This document shows positions 1 to 10,201 of a stretch of DNA of 64,000 nt, one piece after another. The stretch is from an uncultured delta proteobacterium. GTDB lineage: Bacteria; Desulfobacterota; Binatia; Binatales; Binataceae. Every line of letters starts with the position of its first letter. Position 1 is the stretch's first letter. Location of the stretch: contig CAWKOR010000002.1 in assembly GCA_963851325.1 (NCBI GenBank), forward strand, positions 167,960-231,959, given 5' to 3'. The position numbers and the translations under genes are program-made. The notes beneath the pieces are model-generated. The model was not told the origin of the DNA and made no database searches. It was given only the letters and a program-made list of their open reading frames with translations.

Positions 1-1
1 T

Positions 2-1153
2 CCTAAGTCCGCGCTCAAAGCTCACTTGAATGACTTCAAGCGATTCGTTCTGGCCTTGGGAGTGATTGCCGGCTTGGATCAGAAGTTTGTCACCCCGCTG
101 CAGGTCAGTCTTCCATTCGCGATACCGTCCAGCCGTCTCGTAATTTCGGGTGCCGGGGTGCTCCAGATTGACGCTCTGATCGACGGCCATTTAGAGGTGA
201 CCCGGGCCGGTACGAAGCTGAAGCTTCCCCTCGTTGCATGCTCGATCGAATCTTTGACAGTTCGCGAATCTCCAGTTGCGATTGCGCAGAACTATGAGCT
301 GCTGCTGCAGCCGGAGGCATTCAATCTGCCGGGATTGAACGAAGGCGCGCCGCTGCGTCTCCTGCCGCTATCATTTCAGGCCGAGCATGCCACCCTCACT
401 GGGCAGGCATTGGAGCTCATACATCGGCACTGCCCGGAGACCTTCGAACATTTTCGGCAGGTCGTCCGACTGATTGCGCTGAAGCCTTCAGAGCTCGGCG
501 AGTACAGCAACATCAGCCATTCTGACCTGCCCGGGAGCTTCGCGATTTCGGTCGCCAATGATCCGTACCTGATGGCGGATTTCTTCATCCACGAGTTCCA
601 TCACAATCGCTTTTTCTTCGTCGAAGAGCGCGGCGCGTTTTTTGCGCTGGACCGCGACAATCAGGCCACCGGAGAGGCGTATTATTCGCCATTCCGCGAC
701 GACCTACGCCCGTTGCATGGAATCTTTCATGGACTTTACGTCTACATCGCGGTGTGGCGATTCTGGTTCGCGGTCTATCGGAGTGGCGAAACCTCGGGAC
801 TGCGTCTTGACCAGGTCCGCGATCAGGTTGCTTTCATTTCGATTCAACTCGCGATCGCGGTTTCTCAGCTTAGACGTTTCGCGCACTTCTCGCCGCTTGG
901 GATCTTGCTGTTCGAGGAGTTGACCGGGGAAGCGACACGCATCCAGAAAACTACCCGCGCACTCGATTTCCCTTCCGATCTACCCGCCATCCGATGCAGT
1001 GACGAAGGTATCCTCTCAGTCCGTTGCGACCCAGATACCCACCTGCCGCTGACAGTCTCGGAGATGATTCTAGGGCACGCGCAACGCTGCGACCGGCGGC
1101 ATCAGTGCCAAGACCTCGACTCGATCATTGAGGCGAGCCTCGCGTCCCGATAG
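2..1153 (+). CDS. HExxH-motif protein (possibly aKG/Fe HExxH-type peptide hydroxylase-like); 5' end probably cut by window edge
   Basis: Track ORF 26..1153 starts at TTG, but the frame stays open back to nt 2 with no stop. Motif FIHEFHHNRFFF plus a downstream PLHGIFHG. GC-rich third codon positions. Confidence 0.6.
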   Translation, partial: PKSALKAHLNDFKRFVLALGVIAGLDQKFVTPLQVSLPFAIPSSRLVISGAGVLQIDALIDGHLEVTRAGTKLKLPLVACSIESLTVRESPVAIAQNYELLLQPEAFNLPGLNEGAPLRLLPLSFQAEHATLTGQALELIHRHCPETFEHFRQVVRLIALKPSELGEYSNISHSDLPGSFAISVANDPYLMADFFIHEFHHNRFFFVEERGAFFALDRDNQATGEAYYSPFRDDLRPLHGIFHGLYVYIAVWRFWFAVYRSGETSGLRLDQVRDQVAFISIQLAIAVSQLRRFAHFSPLGILLFEELTGEATRIQKTTRALDFPSDLPAIRCSDEGILSVRCDPDTHLPLTVSEMILGHAQRCDRRHQCQDLDSIIEASLASR

Positions 1154-1163
1154 CACCCTCATC

Positions 1164-2468
1164 TCAGTCGTCCCGGATGGGCGTCCCTTCGGGCGCGATT
1201 TCGCATAGCGCGGCCATGAACTTGCCACGCTTGGTCCGCGGGATCTCGTTCACCCTTTCGAGGTCCACGGTAACTCCTCCGCCAATCCCATCCGCAATGT
1301 TTTTCTTGAGTGTTGCCGCGACTTCCAGAGCAAGCGGCTCATCGCGAACAAACCGCACGATGAAGTGATCGAGCCCGCGCTGAACGAGTTGAAGTTGCCG
1401 GACTTCGGTCAGAGTTTCGAGAAAGTCATAGATCCGCCATGGCAAATAGAGCTCACCGGTCTTGAGGCGAAACAGGTTTATCGACCGGCCGACTACCTTT
1501 CCGATGAGCGGCAGGGTGCGGCCGCATGAGCAGTCGCCTTCCACTGCCATCGCATAGTCACCGAAATCGTAGCGAATCAGCGGTGCCAGGTAGTTCTCGA
1601 GTGTGGTGACCACCACGCGGCCCAGCTCCCCCGCTTTTACCGGTCTGCCCTCGTCATCAAGCAGCTCGAGGATCAGGTGCTCGGCGTTCAAGTGATAGCT
1701 ACCGACCGGACATTGCCACGCGGGAAACAGTTCAGTGGTACCGTAGTTATCCGCGATTTCCACCCCTAGCATCTGCCGGGTCCGCTTGCGCAAGGAGTCG
1801 TCGAGAACCTCGCCGCCGGTGAAAACTTTGCGCAGTGCCGGAAGCCGCGGCTCCTCTTTTCCGAACATCGTCAGCAGCGCGTCCAGGTTCGAGGGCAAGG
1901 TATAGATGAAGTGCGGGTTCATTTTGCGCAACCAGGCAATCTGCTTGCTGAAGTCTTCGGTATGCGACATGAACTGCGAACCCAGCATGAAGCGGCTGCT
2001 GCTAAGCTGCGAATCCGGGGACGGCGGCTCGGCGCGCAGGCCCAGCGCCCACGCGGTACGATGGGTAGGGAGCCATCCGTTCCCCACCAGGTAACGCGCG
2101 CGGGCAGCATTACGGCCGCTTTGATGATTCCGGTCGAACAGCAGTTCCACGCTTTGGCCGGTCGTCCCGGACGATTTCGCCTTTATGTAGTACGTGTCCG
2201 GCGGATAAATCCCGCGCACCGAGCGGCTGATTTCCTCAATCTCCGGGCGCTGGAGAAGCGGAAGTTTGGTCAGTTCCGCGACCGACGGCAGGGTGCCGAA
2301 GCGGCGCGCATAAAATGGGATCCGCATCGCGGCCCGGAAGGTCTTGGCGAGGCGATCCCGCCGAAGAGCTTCAAGACGATCAGGATCCCAGCGCTGCGAA
2401 CGCGTCAGTTGCAGATAGCGTGGCGCGGCCTCCAACAATACCAAGAGCGATGTATCGAGTATCGGCAA
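1164..2468 (-). CDS. phenylacetate-CoA ligase / coenzyme F390 synthetase-like adenylate-forming enzyme
   Basis: 434 aa. AMP-binding-type SSGTTG motif, YGTTE, and a PaaK-like length and C-terminal domain. Paralogue of 51829..53109. Confidence 0.8.
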   Translation of the reverse strand: MPILDTSLLVLLEAAPRYLQLTRSQRWDPDRLEALRRDRLAKTFRAAMRIPFYARRFGTLPSVAELTKLPLLQRPEIEEISRSVRGIYPPDTYYIKAKSSGTTGQSVELLFDRNHQSGRNAARARYLVGNGWLPTHRTAWALGLRAEPPSPDSQLSSSRFMLGSQFMSHTEDFSKQIAWLRKMNPHFIYTLPSNLDALLTMFGKEEPRLPALRKVFTGGEVLDDSLRKRTRQMLGVEIADNYGTTELFPAWQCPVGSYHLNAEHLILELLDDEGRPVKAGELGRVVVTTLENYLAPLIRYDFGDYAMAVEGDCSCGRTLPLIGKVVGRSINLFRLKTGELYLPWRIYDFLETLTEVRQLQLVQRGLDHFIVRFVRDEPLALEVAATLKKNIADGIGGGVTVDLERVNEIPRTKRGKFMAALCEIAPEGTPIRDD

Positions 2469-2595
2469 GGGAGCATCACTAGCATCAGCCGAGATCGATT
2501 TCTAACCTCTTGGGACCTCGAGCGGCGAGGGATGGCGCGCGGCCGCGGGACGTGGCATGAGTCGGGGGGAAATTCGGTGATCGACCGGGGACGTC

Positions 2596-4194
2596 GTGGC
2601 CGCAACAACTCTTGTCGGCGAGCTTCAACTCGAGACGACCGCACCAACCCACAAATGGCTGGTCGCGATCGCCGTTATGCTCGGCACCGCTCTCGAAGTC
2701 CTCGACAACTCGATCATCAACGTCGCCCTGCCCCATTTGCAAGGTGCGTTTTCCGCCAGCGTCGACGAGATCGCGTGGGTGCTGACCAGCTATCTGGTCG
2801 CCAACGGCATCATGATCCCGATGTCGGGCTGGATCGCTTCCAGGTTCGGACGCAAACGCTACTTTCTGACTTCGGTGTTTATTTTTGTGGGAGCTTCAGC
2901 ATTGTGTGGCGCCGCGCAATCGCTCGATCAGATGGTGGCGTTTCGGCTCATCCAGGGCGCAGCCGGTGCGGCCATGATTCCATCTTCGCAAGCGATCCTG
3001 ATGGAGACGTTTCCGCCCGAGCAGCAACAGATGGCGATGGCGATATGGGGGATGGGCTTGATGGTTGCGCCAATCGCCGGGCCGACCCTGGGCGGTTGGA
3101 TCACCGACAACTGGAACTGGCGCTGGAATTTTTATATCAATCTGCCACTTGGCACGATTGCATTTCTGATGGTCTCCGCGTTCGTCCACGATCCGCCCTT
3201 CATGCACGAGCGACGCACCCGCGGCGGCAAGGTCGATTACGTGGGAATCATGCTGCTGGTGCTGAGCGTTGGATTGCTTCAGATCGTGCTCGATCGCGGA
3301 CAGCGCGCGGACTGGTTCGAATCGGCGTGGGTGGTGTCGGCAACCACCATTTCGGCGCTCTGTTTCCTCCTGCTGATCGGGCGCGAGTTGACCTTCTCCG
3401 AACCGATTCTGGATCTGCGAATTTTCAAGGAAACCACGTTCATCGTTGCGGTGGTGCTCACGATCGCGATGAGCTTCGTGCTGTTCGGCAGCATCCTGCT
3501 CAATCCGCTCTTCCTCCAGGAACTGCTGGGATATAGCGCGTGGAAGACCGGGCTGGTGCAGGCGCCGCTGGGGCTATGTTCCGGAACCTCGATGCTCATG
3601 ACCGGGCAGTTGTCGCGCCTCGGCCTGAACACACGGCCGCTGGTAGGTCTCGGCTTTGCCCTGGTCGCATTCGGGGCATGGCGAATGGCGGGGATGAACT
3701 TGCAGGTCAGCCTGATGGCGGTGCTGAAGCGCAACGTCCTGATGTCGTTCGGGTTCGGGATGATTTTCCCCAATACCTCGGCGGCGGCGCTCTCGTGCGT
3801 GTCCCGCGAGCGCATCGGATATGCGGCCAGCTTGTTCAACATGCTGCGCAACACCGGCGCCGCGATCGGAATCGCCTTCATGACCAACTCGCTGATTAGC
3901 CACCAGCAGATTCATCAGGCGCATCTGGTCGAGCACTTCTCGATCTTCGATGCGTGGAAGTTTGGTCGAATGATGCCGCCCGGGGCGGCGCGCGCGTTCA
4001 CCTATCTTCCCGAGATGTCACAAGCATCTCCGCATGGCCTCGCGCTGCTGTATGGACTGGTTCGGCAGCAGGCGATGATGCTGGCGTTCAACGACATCTA
4101 TCGGACCATCGCCATCGTGCTGATTCCCCTGATCCCGCTCTTCGTGTTTCTGCCCAGCAGCAAGACCAACACGAGCGCCCCCTCGGCTCACTGA
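2596..4194 (+). CDS. MFS transporter, DHA2 (EmrB/QacA-like, 14-TMS) drug:H+ antiporter family
   Basis: 532 aa, highly hydrophobic. N-terminal LDNSIINVALPHLQ and GWIASRFGRKR motifs typical of the EmrB family. Confidence 0.85.
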   Translation: MAATTLVGELQLETTAPTHKWLVAIAVMLGTALEVLDNSIINVALPHLQGAFSASVDEIAWVLTSYLVANGIMIPMSGWIASRFGRKRYFLTSVFIFVGASALCGAAQSLDQMVAFRLIQGAAGAAMIPSSQAILMETFPPEQQQMAMAIWGMGLMVAPIAGPTLGGWITDNWNWRWNFYINLPLGTIAFLMVSAFVHDPPFMHERRTRGGKVDYVGIMLLVLSVGLLQIVLDRGQRADWFESAWVVSATTISALCFLLLIGRELTFSEPILDLRIFKETTFIVAVVLTIAMSFVLFGSILLNPLFLQELLGYSAWKTGLVQAPLGLCSGTSMLMTGQLSRLGLNTRPLVGLGFALVAFGAWRMAGMNLQVSLMAVLKRNVLMSFGFGMIFPNTSAAALSCVSRERIGYAASLFNMLRNTGAAIGIAFMTNSLISHQQIHQAHLVEHFSIFDAWKFGRMMPPGAARAFTYLPEMSQASPHGLALLYGLVRQQAMMLAFNDIYRTIAIVLIPLIPLFVFLPSSKTNTSAPSAH

Positions 4195-4200
4195 TTTGCG

Positions 4201-5403
4201 CTACGGCAGAACCGGCGCGAGCAGGCTCAGCGCCGTCATTTCATCGTCCAGCCCAAACTGTTGGAGATAGGCATCGAGATGCTGATGGATCATCTGCAGT
4301 GGGAAGGGCAATTTGGGGATTAACGCACAATCGAGTCGCATGCCCTCGCCGCATATCTGGCGATAATGTAAATCCTTCACGCCGGCAGCGACCTTCTCAA
4401 TCAGCGGATCGAGAAATTTTTTGTCCGAGCTGGAGAGTTCGTAAAGCTTCGAAGTTTCGCGCATCGCGTCAGGAACGAATGCCTTCGGAACCACATCGAG
4501 GTTGTTCCAGACCCGAACACACTTGTCCTTCAGGGTGTCGTCCGAGTGCTTCGCGAAGGCTTCGTTACCGGCCGTCGGCCCGGCGAAGCTATAGCAATTG
4601 ATGGTCGCCTTGCTTTGAGGATCCCACTGTTCGGAAGCAGTCGCCTGCGGCCCCTGCGTGTCTTTCAGCCAAAGCGCAACCGTGGAACTGAGCGCGCCTC
4701 CCTTGCTATGTCCGGTGACGAAAATTTCGGAGGCGGGTACCTTCGATATCTGATCCGCCAGGAATTCTTTGACCGATTTCCCATTTGAGATCAGTGCTGC
4801 GTCGGCGTGCTTACGAAGCAGCTTTAGTGGATTGAATCGTTCGGCGACCAGTTCCCTGACGTTGAGCCCCAAGGTTTGTATAACTGTCGAGGCAGTCTCG
4901 GAGGTCAATCGCGCCTGCAGAAGATCCCTCGGATTAAAGGGAGCCGGGGGCGCCGCCGCTTGCGCGTCGCTCCAGGTTAGATGCTGCAGAATCCCCAGCC
5001 CGATCATGGTGCTGGCCGATACTTCCGCGCCTTGCATCGCTTGCTGGTTGCCGTAAGCCCATGGCACTTGATGGGTCACCATCAGATCGCCGAACACCCA
5101 ATCGCTCACCGAGATCGGATTGGTGCCGCGAATCGCAATCGCAAATGATGAAGGCTTTTCACTGCTCTGCGCGACGTACATGAGCGCATCATCGAGGCCC
5201 GGGGAAACCGCGCTGAAACTTGCCGGTCCCCAGACGATTTTCCACTTGCCCGCGACCATCGAAAACTTCGCCATGCACTCATCCATCAACTGGCGCAGGC
5301 GCGCGCGCTTGTGCGCCTCGGGCGCAATCAAATTGACTCCTCGGTAAGAAATCGCGGCCAGGGTGAGCATCAATCGCGCGGTAGCATTTTCTCGTGGCAA
5401 CAT
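4201..5403 (-). CDS. class 3 lipase (Lipase_3) family protein
   Basis: 400 aa. Nucleophile elbow VTGHSKGGALS (GxSxG) in a lipase-3-like context. No obvious signal peptide. Confidence 0.7.
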   Translation of the reverse strand: MLPRENATARLMLTLAAISYRGVNLIAPEAHKRARLRQLMDECMAKFSMVAGKWKIVWGPASFSAVSPGLDDALMYVAQSSEKPSSFAIAIRGTNPISVSDWVFGDLMVTHQVPWAYGNQQAMQGAEVSASTMIGLGILQHLTWSDAQAAAPPAPFNPRDLLQARLTSETASTVIQTLGLNVRELVAERFNPLKLLRKHADAALISNGKSVKEFLADQISKVPASEIFVTGHSKGGALSSTVALWLKDTQGPQATASEQWDPQSKATINCYSFAGPTAGNEAFAKHSDDTLKDKCVRVWNNLDVVPKAFVPDAMRETSKLYELSSSDKKFLDPLIEKVAAGVKDLHYRQICGEGMRLDCALIPKLPFPLQMIHQHLDAYLQQFGLDDEMTALSLLAPVLP

Positions 5404-5491
5404 ATTATAACCTCACACGCTGCGATGCGGTTGCCAGACGGTTAGCACATTGAGCGCTTTGGACAAGTAGCATTCAACTTTTTGTGGGATA

Positions 5492-6850
5492 GTGACCATG
5501 CCGGATTTAGCATCTCATTTTGGCGATTTAATCAATAAGCTGATGGGCGTCGCCGACGTCTCCGACTCGGCGCAGAATCTGATGAACGCGCTGCGCATCG
5601 CGCAACGGACGGCTATCGGAGTCACGGCCAACGGTCCGTCGCCCGAGGAGGCCATGATCAAGCATCTCGCCGGCCTCGACGACAAGGCATTGCGCGCGCT
5701 CGGCATCGATCCACTCAAACTGCAATTGGTTTTGGCCAACGCGGTTGGCGGTGTAGTCGCTCATCCCGGCCCCTACGAGATCGACGTCGGTTGGGGCCAA
5801 AGTTTGATCAACTACTACAAGTACCTGGACCAGCGCGTTCCATTCCCGACCCACATGCAGCGCGCGAACTACTCGGGAGTTCAGGATCTAGTGAGCGATG
5901 CTACCGGCGAAATACGCATCGCCCTGGTTGGCGACTGGGGCGTTGCTCCCTCCTATCCGATTGCGAAAAAGGTTATCGATCGAATTGCGTCGAGGAATCC
6001 GCACTATGTGATCCATCTCGGCGATGTTTACTACTCCGGCCTGCCCACCGAAGAGAAGGACGCTTTTTTCAACACATTGTGGCCTTTCCAATCGCCGACA
6101 GTTTCGCTCGCACTCAACTCCAACCACGAAATGTATTCGGGCGGCGTCGGATACTACAACGGTCTGCTGAAGGACCCCCGCTTCACCACGCAAAGGGAGA
6201 TCGGCTACTTCGCCTTGCAAAATCAAAACTGGCTGATAGTCGGTCTCGATACCGCCTACTTCGCGCGTTGGAGCAGCCGCCTCTATCAGGATGGCACCCT
6301 GGGCAACACCATCGACACCGATGGGATGGTGCAGCGCAACTGGTTCAATCGGCTCCTTCATGATCCCGCTCAGACCGGCAAGCGTGTGATCATCCTGACC
6401 CACCATGATGGCTTTGATATCGATCCTCTTCGCGGCGGAGTCAAATTCAAGACGCTGTGGACGGAGATGACCGGCTCCGTACGGGGAAAAAATGATCCCA
6501 CTCAACCCGGTAATCGGATCGGAGTGCACGATTGGTGGTGGTACTGGGGCCACGTTCATGCACCAATCGTGTATGAGCGGATCTTCTTCTCCGATAATTC
6601 TTCGGTAACCGCGCGATGCGCCGGACATGGGGCGGTTCCCTATCTGCCCTATCCCGTCAACTACGCCAACTTCGGGGACGGAACCTTCGTAATAAAATGG
6701 GCTGAGACAGCAACAGAGAATCGAACACCTACAGATGGGACCGACAAAGACCGCGCCCCAAATGGTTATGCGCTACTGACCTTGACCGGGACCACTATCA
6801 AGGAAGAGTTCTTTGACGAAGATGGGCGAAGCCGGTGGTCCAATTTCTGA
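5492..6850 (+). CDS. metallophosphoesterase, purple-acid-phosphatase-like motif set, with ~130-aa unique N-terminal extension
   Basis: Motifs in order: GDWG, GDVYY, NSNHE, LTHH, GHVH. Start is either GTG 5492 or ATG 5498. Confidence 0.75.
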   Translation: MTMPDLASHFGDLINKLMGVADVSDSAQNLMNALRIAQRTAIGVTANGPSPEEAMIKHLAGLDDKALRALGIDPLKLQLVLANAVGGVVAHPGPYEIDVGWGQSLINYYKYLDQRVPFPTHMQRANYSGVQDLVSDATGEIRIALVGDWGVAPSYPIAKKVIDRIASRNPHYVIHLGDVYYSGLPTEEKDAFFNTLWPFQSPTVSLALNSNHEMYSGGVGYYNGLLKDPRFTTQREIGYFALQNQNWLIVGLDTAYFARWSSRLYQDGTLGNTIDTDGMVQRNWFNRLLHDPAQTGKRVIILTHHDGFDIDPLRGGVKFKTLWTEMTGSVRGKNDPTQPGNRIGVHDWWWYWGHVHAPIVYERIFFSDNSSVTARCAGHGAVPYLPYPVNYANFGDGTFVIKWAETATENRTPTDGTDKDRAPNGYALLTLTGTTIKEEFFDEDGRSRWSNF

Positions 6851-6880
6851 GGTCGAATCCCAAGCGATAGGAGTGCGCAC

Positions 6881-7825
6881 GTGCTTTCGATAAGTAATAC
6901 CCCAGGTTACGCGATAGTTACCTTAATTCAGGACACCCTGGCAGGAGCTCTCGCCGGCAAGATTCCCTTGACCAGGATAAATTCCACTATCGCCACCTCG
7001 GTCGCGCATGAGCTCCGCAATGGGCAACTGGTGCCGCGCAACCTCGCGCTCGATTTCTCGCCGCTGCTGGATCTTCTCAAACTACCGGCACTGGGCGGAG
7101 CTCCCCCGGTCGACGGTGCGGGTAAGGTCGACATTCAGAAAATGCTCGGGGGATTGTTAAATCCAAGCCAAACCCTCAACGACATCCTGACGACCAACTC
7201 GCCGATGGTGGCCTTCAATCGCATCCAGGACTTCTTCCATCAGCGGCCCGACCTCGGCAGTGTGTTCTCCTCGCTAGGTTCTTTCACAGAAGGACAATTC
7301 GGAATCGCGCTGTCGCTCATAACCACCTTCAGAAACCTGCTCGATCCGAAATTTCCGCAGGCGGTGCTGGATGCGCAACTGCAATATTTCTTCGGCGTCG
7401 ACGGCTTCACCACGGTCGACGAGATCATCATCACGCCGCCGATGCAGCTTAGCGGAGCGCCCGTACAACTCAGTGACCTTAGAAGCCTCTTTGCCGAAAA
7501 ATCCGGTGAGCGCTTTGTGCGCGACATGATCACCATCACCGTCGAAGCGGCGGGCGATGTGCAGTATGACCTGAGGAACCGCTACCATCGGATCGGCACG
7601 ATCCTCTCCGGTGCGCAGCTCGATACCGCGAAGCGCTGGATCAAGGGATTCGCCACCATGGCTGAATCGGGGGTGACCTCGGCAGTCGAGGAAACCGTGC
7701 TCGGCGTTTCGCAGTTCCAGACCAATGCGCTGATTGCGGCGTCGGCCGGGGCCTACGCCGGAACTGTTGCGCGTAAAGCCACCCAGCACGTGTTCCTCAG
7801 CGAGTTAGGCCTGCTGGCCCAGTAG
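6881..7825 (+). CDS. hypothetical protein (no recognisable motif)
   Basis: 314-aa ORF with GTG start preceded by a GGAG. GC3-rich frame. Lies 30 nt after the phosphoesterase gene on the same strand. Confidence 0.55.
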   Translation: MLSISNTPGYAIVTLIQDTLAGALAGKIPLTRINSTIATSVAHELRNGQLVPRNLALDFSPLLDLLKLPALGGAPPVDGAGKVDIQKMLGGLLNPSQTLNDILTTNSPMVAFNRIQDFFHQRPDLGSVFSSLGSFTEGQFGIALSLITTFRNLLDPKFPQAVLDAQLQYFFGVDGFTTVDEIIITPPMQLSGAPVQLSDLRSLFAEKSGERFVRDMITITVEAAGDVQYDLRNRYHRIGTILSGAQLDTAKRWIKGFATMAESGVTSAVEETVLGVSQFQTNALIAASAGAYAGTVARKATQHVFLSELGLLAQ

Positions 7826-7848
7826 GTTGGCGAGGAGCGCGGCGAACT

Positions 7849-8436
7849 TTAGATCGCGGCGCGTTTATGCGGAACTGCCTGCGGCTTCGGCCTGAGCAGT
7901 CGCAGCGCGCCAACATAGTAATCGATGCCCGACCACACGCTCAGGCCCATCGCGATCCAGAGGATGAACATTCCGGCGGCAAAAAAATCGATGTGGAAAT
8001 AAGTGTAGCGGATCAGCAACCCCTGAATGGCGATGGACTGCAGCACCATCTTGTACTTTCCCAGCTCCTCGGCCGCCATCACCACCCCTTCCGCCGCTGC
8101 GATTGCGCGCAGACCGGTAACCATGATTTCGCGAATCACCAACACTGCGACAATCCACGCCGGCACCCGCGGCAACTGCGGCGTTCCCGCCAACATGATG
8201 AGCGCTGAAATCACCACCACCTTGTCGGCTAGCGGATCGAGGAACTTCCCCAGGGTCGTCCCGGAGCCGTAATTGCGCGCAATGTACCCGTCAAGAAAAT
8301 CGGTGATGGTCGCGAGAAAAAACACCGTGGCAGCCAGCGCCGCGGCGATCGGACCGGGAAGCAACAGCAGATACACCAGCAGCGGTGCTGTTGCGATTCT
8401 GCATAAGGTCAGGATGTTGGGAGTTGTCCAGGCCAC
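7849..8436 (-). CDS. pgsA: CDP-diacylglycerol--glycerol-3-phosphate 3-phosphatidyltransferase
   Basis: CDP-alcohol phosphatidyltransferase motif DFLDGYIAR..G..GKFLDPLADK. 195 aa, multi-TM. Confidence 0.9.
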   Translation of the reverse strand: MAWTTPNILTLCRIATAPLLVYLLLLPGPIAAALAATVFFLATITDFLDGYIARNYGSGTTLGKFLDPLADKVVVISALIMLAGTPQLPRVPAWIVAVLVIREIMVTGLRAIAAAEGVVMAAEELGKYKMVLQSIAIQGLLIRYTYFHIDFFAAGMFILWIAMGLSVWSGIDYYVGALRLLRPKPQAVPHKRAAI

Positions 8437-8587
8437 GCGAAAAATCCGCTCTCCGTCGCGACTAGATGCGATTCCCCCGCCCTTGGTCTCACACTATGGC
8501 AATCGAGTGTGCGGGGCAAACTACCATGCCCAACTGCGCACGTGATGCTTTCCGGCCGCGACATCAGGTAACCTGATCACCATAAAG

Positions 8588-10201
8588 ATGAAACCGTCCT
8601 CGCGCTTCGACTCAGATTTCCTGGTTATCGGCGGCGGCATCGCAGGCCTGATGTTCGCTCTCCGCGCCTCCGAGGTCGGCACCGTCACGGTCCTGACCAA
8701 GGCCGCGAGCTCCGAGGCCAATACCGCCTATGCGCAGGGCGGTATCGCCAGCGTATGGAGCGTCGCCGATTCCTTTGAATCCCACATCGACGACACGCTC
8801 AAGGCGGGGGCCGGGTTATGCGACCGCACCGCCGTCGAAACCATTGTGCGCGAAGGTCCGGCCGCGGTTCGCGAACTGATTCGACTCGGCACCCAGTTTA
8901 CCCGCATCGAAGCCGGCGGCGAGGACGAATACGACCTTGGGCGCGAGGGCGGTCATAGCCATCGCCGTGTGCTGCATGCGCAGGATCTCACTGGCCGTGA
9001 AATCATGCGCGCGCTCGGCGCGGCTGCGTCTGCGCGCGAGAACATCCGCGTGCTCGAGAATCACGTCGCGGTGAACCTGCTGATCAAAAAGGACCGTACC
9101 ACCGGCAAGCCCAAGTCATGCTGGGGCGTATACGCGCTCGACCGCAACACCAATCAGGTGAACAAAATCGTCACGCGCGCCACCATGCTGGCGACCGGCG
9201 GCGCGGGCAAGGTTTATCTCTATACCACCAATCCCGATATCGCCTCGGGCGACGGCGTTGCGATGGCGTATCGAGCGGGCGCGCCGATCGGGAACATGGA
9301 GTTCATCCAATTCCACCCAACCTGCCTGTATCATCCAGCCGCCAAGTCGTTTTTGATTTCCGAAGCGCTGCGCGGCGAGGGCGCGATTTTACGGCTACCC
9401 GACGGCACTCCCTTCATGAAGAAATACGACTCGGCTGGGGAACTGGCGCCCCGCGATATCGTTGCACGCGCTATCGATGCCGAGATGAAGCGGCTTGGGC
9501 TCGATTGCGTTTACCTCGACCTCAGCCACAAGCCGGTCGACTTCATTCGCAATCGATTTCCCAACATCCACGCGCGATGCTTGAGCTTCGGCATCGACAT
9601 GACTCGGCAGCCGATTCCGGTGGTGCCGGCGGCGCACTATATGTGCGGCGGTGTAATGACCGATCTCAACGCGCGCACGCCCATCGAACGACTTTATGCG
9701 GCGGGCGAAGTGGCGATGACGGGTTTGCATGGCGCCAACCGACTCGCTTCCAACTCGCTGCTGGAAGCCGCGGTGATGGGCCATCGTGGCGCGATGGCGG
9801 CGCATCGCGAGATTGAGGACTCGCCGGACGGCACGGTGCCGGACTTTGCCGAATGGGAGACCGGGCGCGCCATCAAGAGCGAGGAGCGCGTGATGGTCAC
9901 GCAGAGTTGGGACGAAATCCGGCGCATGATGTGGAACTATGTCGGCATCGTGCGCAGCGATCGTCGCCTCGCACGCGCAGAGAGCCGGCTCGCGCTACTG
10001 AATGAGGAAATCCACAGTTACTACTGGGATTACCTGCTCGACTCGGACCTCATCGAATTGCGCAATCTGGTGAACGTTGCCGAGCTGATTGTGCGTGCGG
10101 CCTCGATGCGCAAGGAATCGCGCGGGCTGAACTACAACCTCGATCATTTGGAGCGCGACGACGCCCATTGGCTGCATCCCACGGTCATCACGCACCATTA
10201 A
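8588..10201 (+). CDS. nadB: L-aspartate oxidase
   Basis: 537 aa. FAD-binding N-terminus DFLVIGGGIAGL, succinate-DH/fumarate-reductase flavoprotein-like core, and typical NadB length and C-terminus. Confidence 0.9.
   Translation: MKPSSRFDSDFLVIGGGIAGLMFALRASEVGTVTVLTKAASSEANTAYAQGGIASVWSVADSFESHIDDTLKAGAGLCDRTAVETIVREGPAAVRELIRLGTQFTRIEAGGEDEYDLGREGGHSHRRVLHAQDLTGREIMRALGAAASARENIRVLENHVAVNLLIKKDRTTGKPKSCWGVYALDRNTNQVNKIVTRATMLATGGAGKVYLYTTNPDIASGDGVAMAYRAGAPIGNMEFIQFHPTCLYHPAAKSFLISEALRGEGAILRLPDGTPFMKKYDSAGELAPRDIVARAIDAEMKRLGLDCVYLDLSHKPVDFIRNRFPNIHARCLSFGIDMTRQPIPVVPAAHYMCGGVMTDLNARTPIERLYAAGEVAMTGLHGANRLASNSLLEAAVMGHRGAMAAHREIEDSPDGTVPDFAEWETGRAIKSEERVMVTQSWDEIRRMMWNYVGIVRSDRRLARAESRLALLNEEIHSYYWDYLLDSDLIELRNLVNVAELIVRAASMRKESRGLNYNLDHLERDDAHWLHPTVITHH

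Noticed and set aside
1911-3536. 541-aa plus-strand ORF spanning the ligase and MFS genes
   Set aside because: It is Arg/Gly/Pro-rich and low-complexity. It is antisense to a well-supported PaaK-like gene and out of frame with the MFS gene. This is a typical high-GC shadow ORF.
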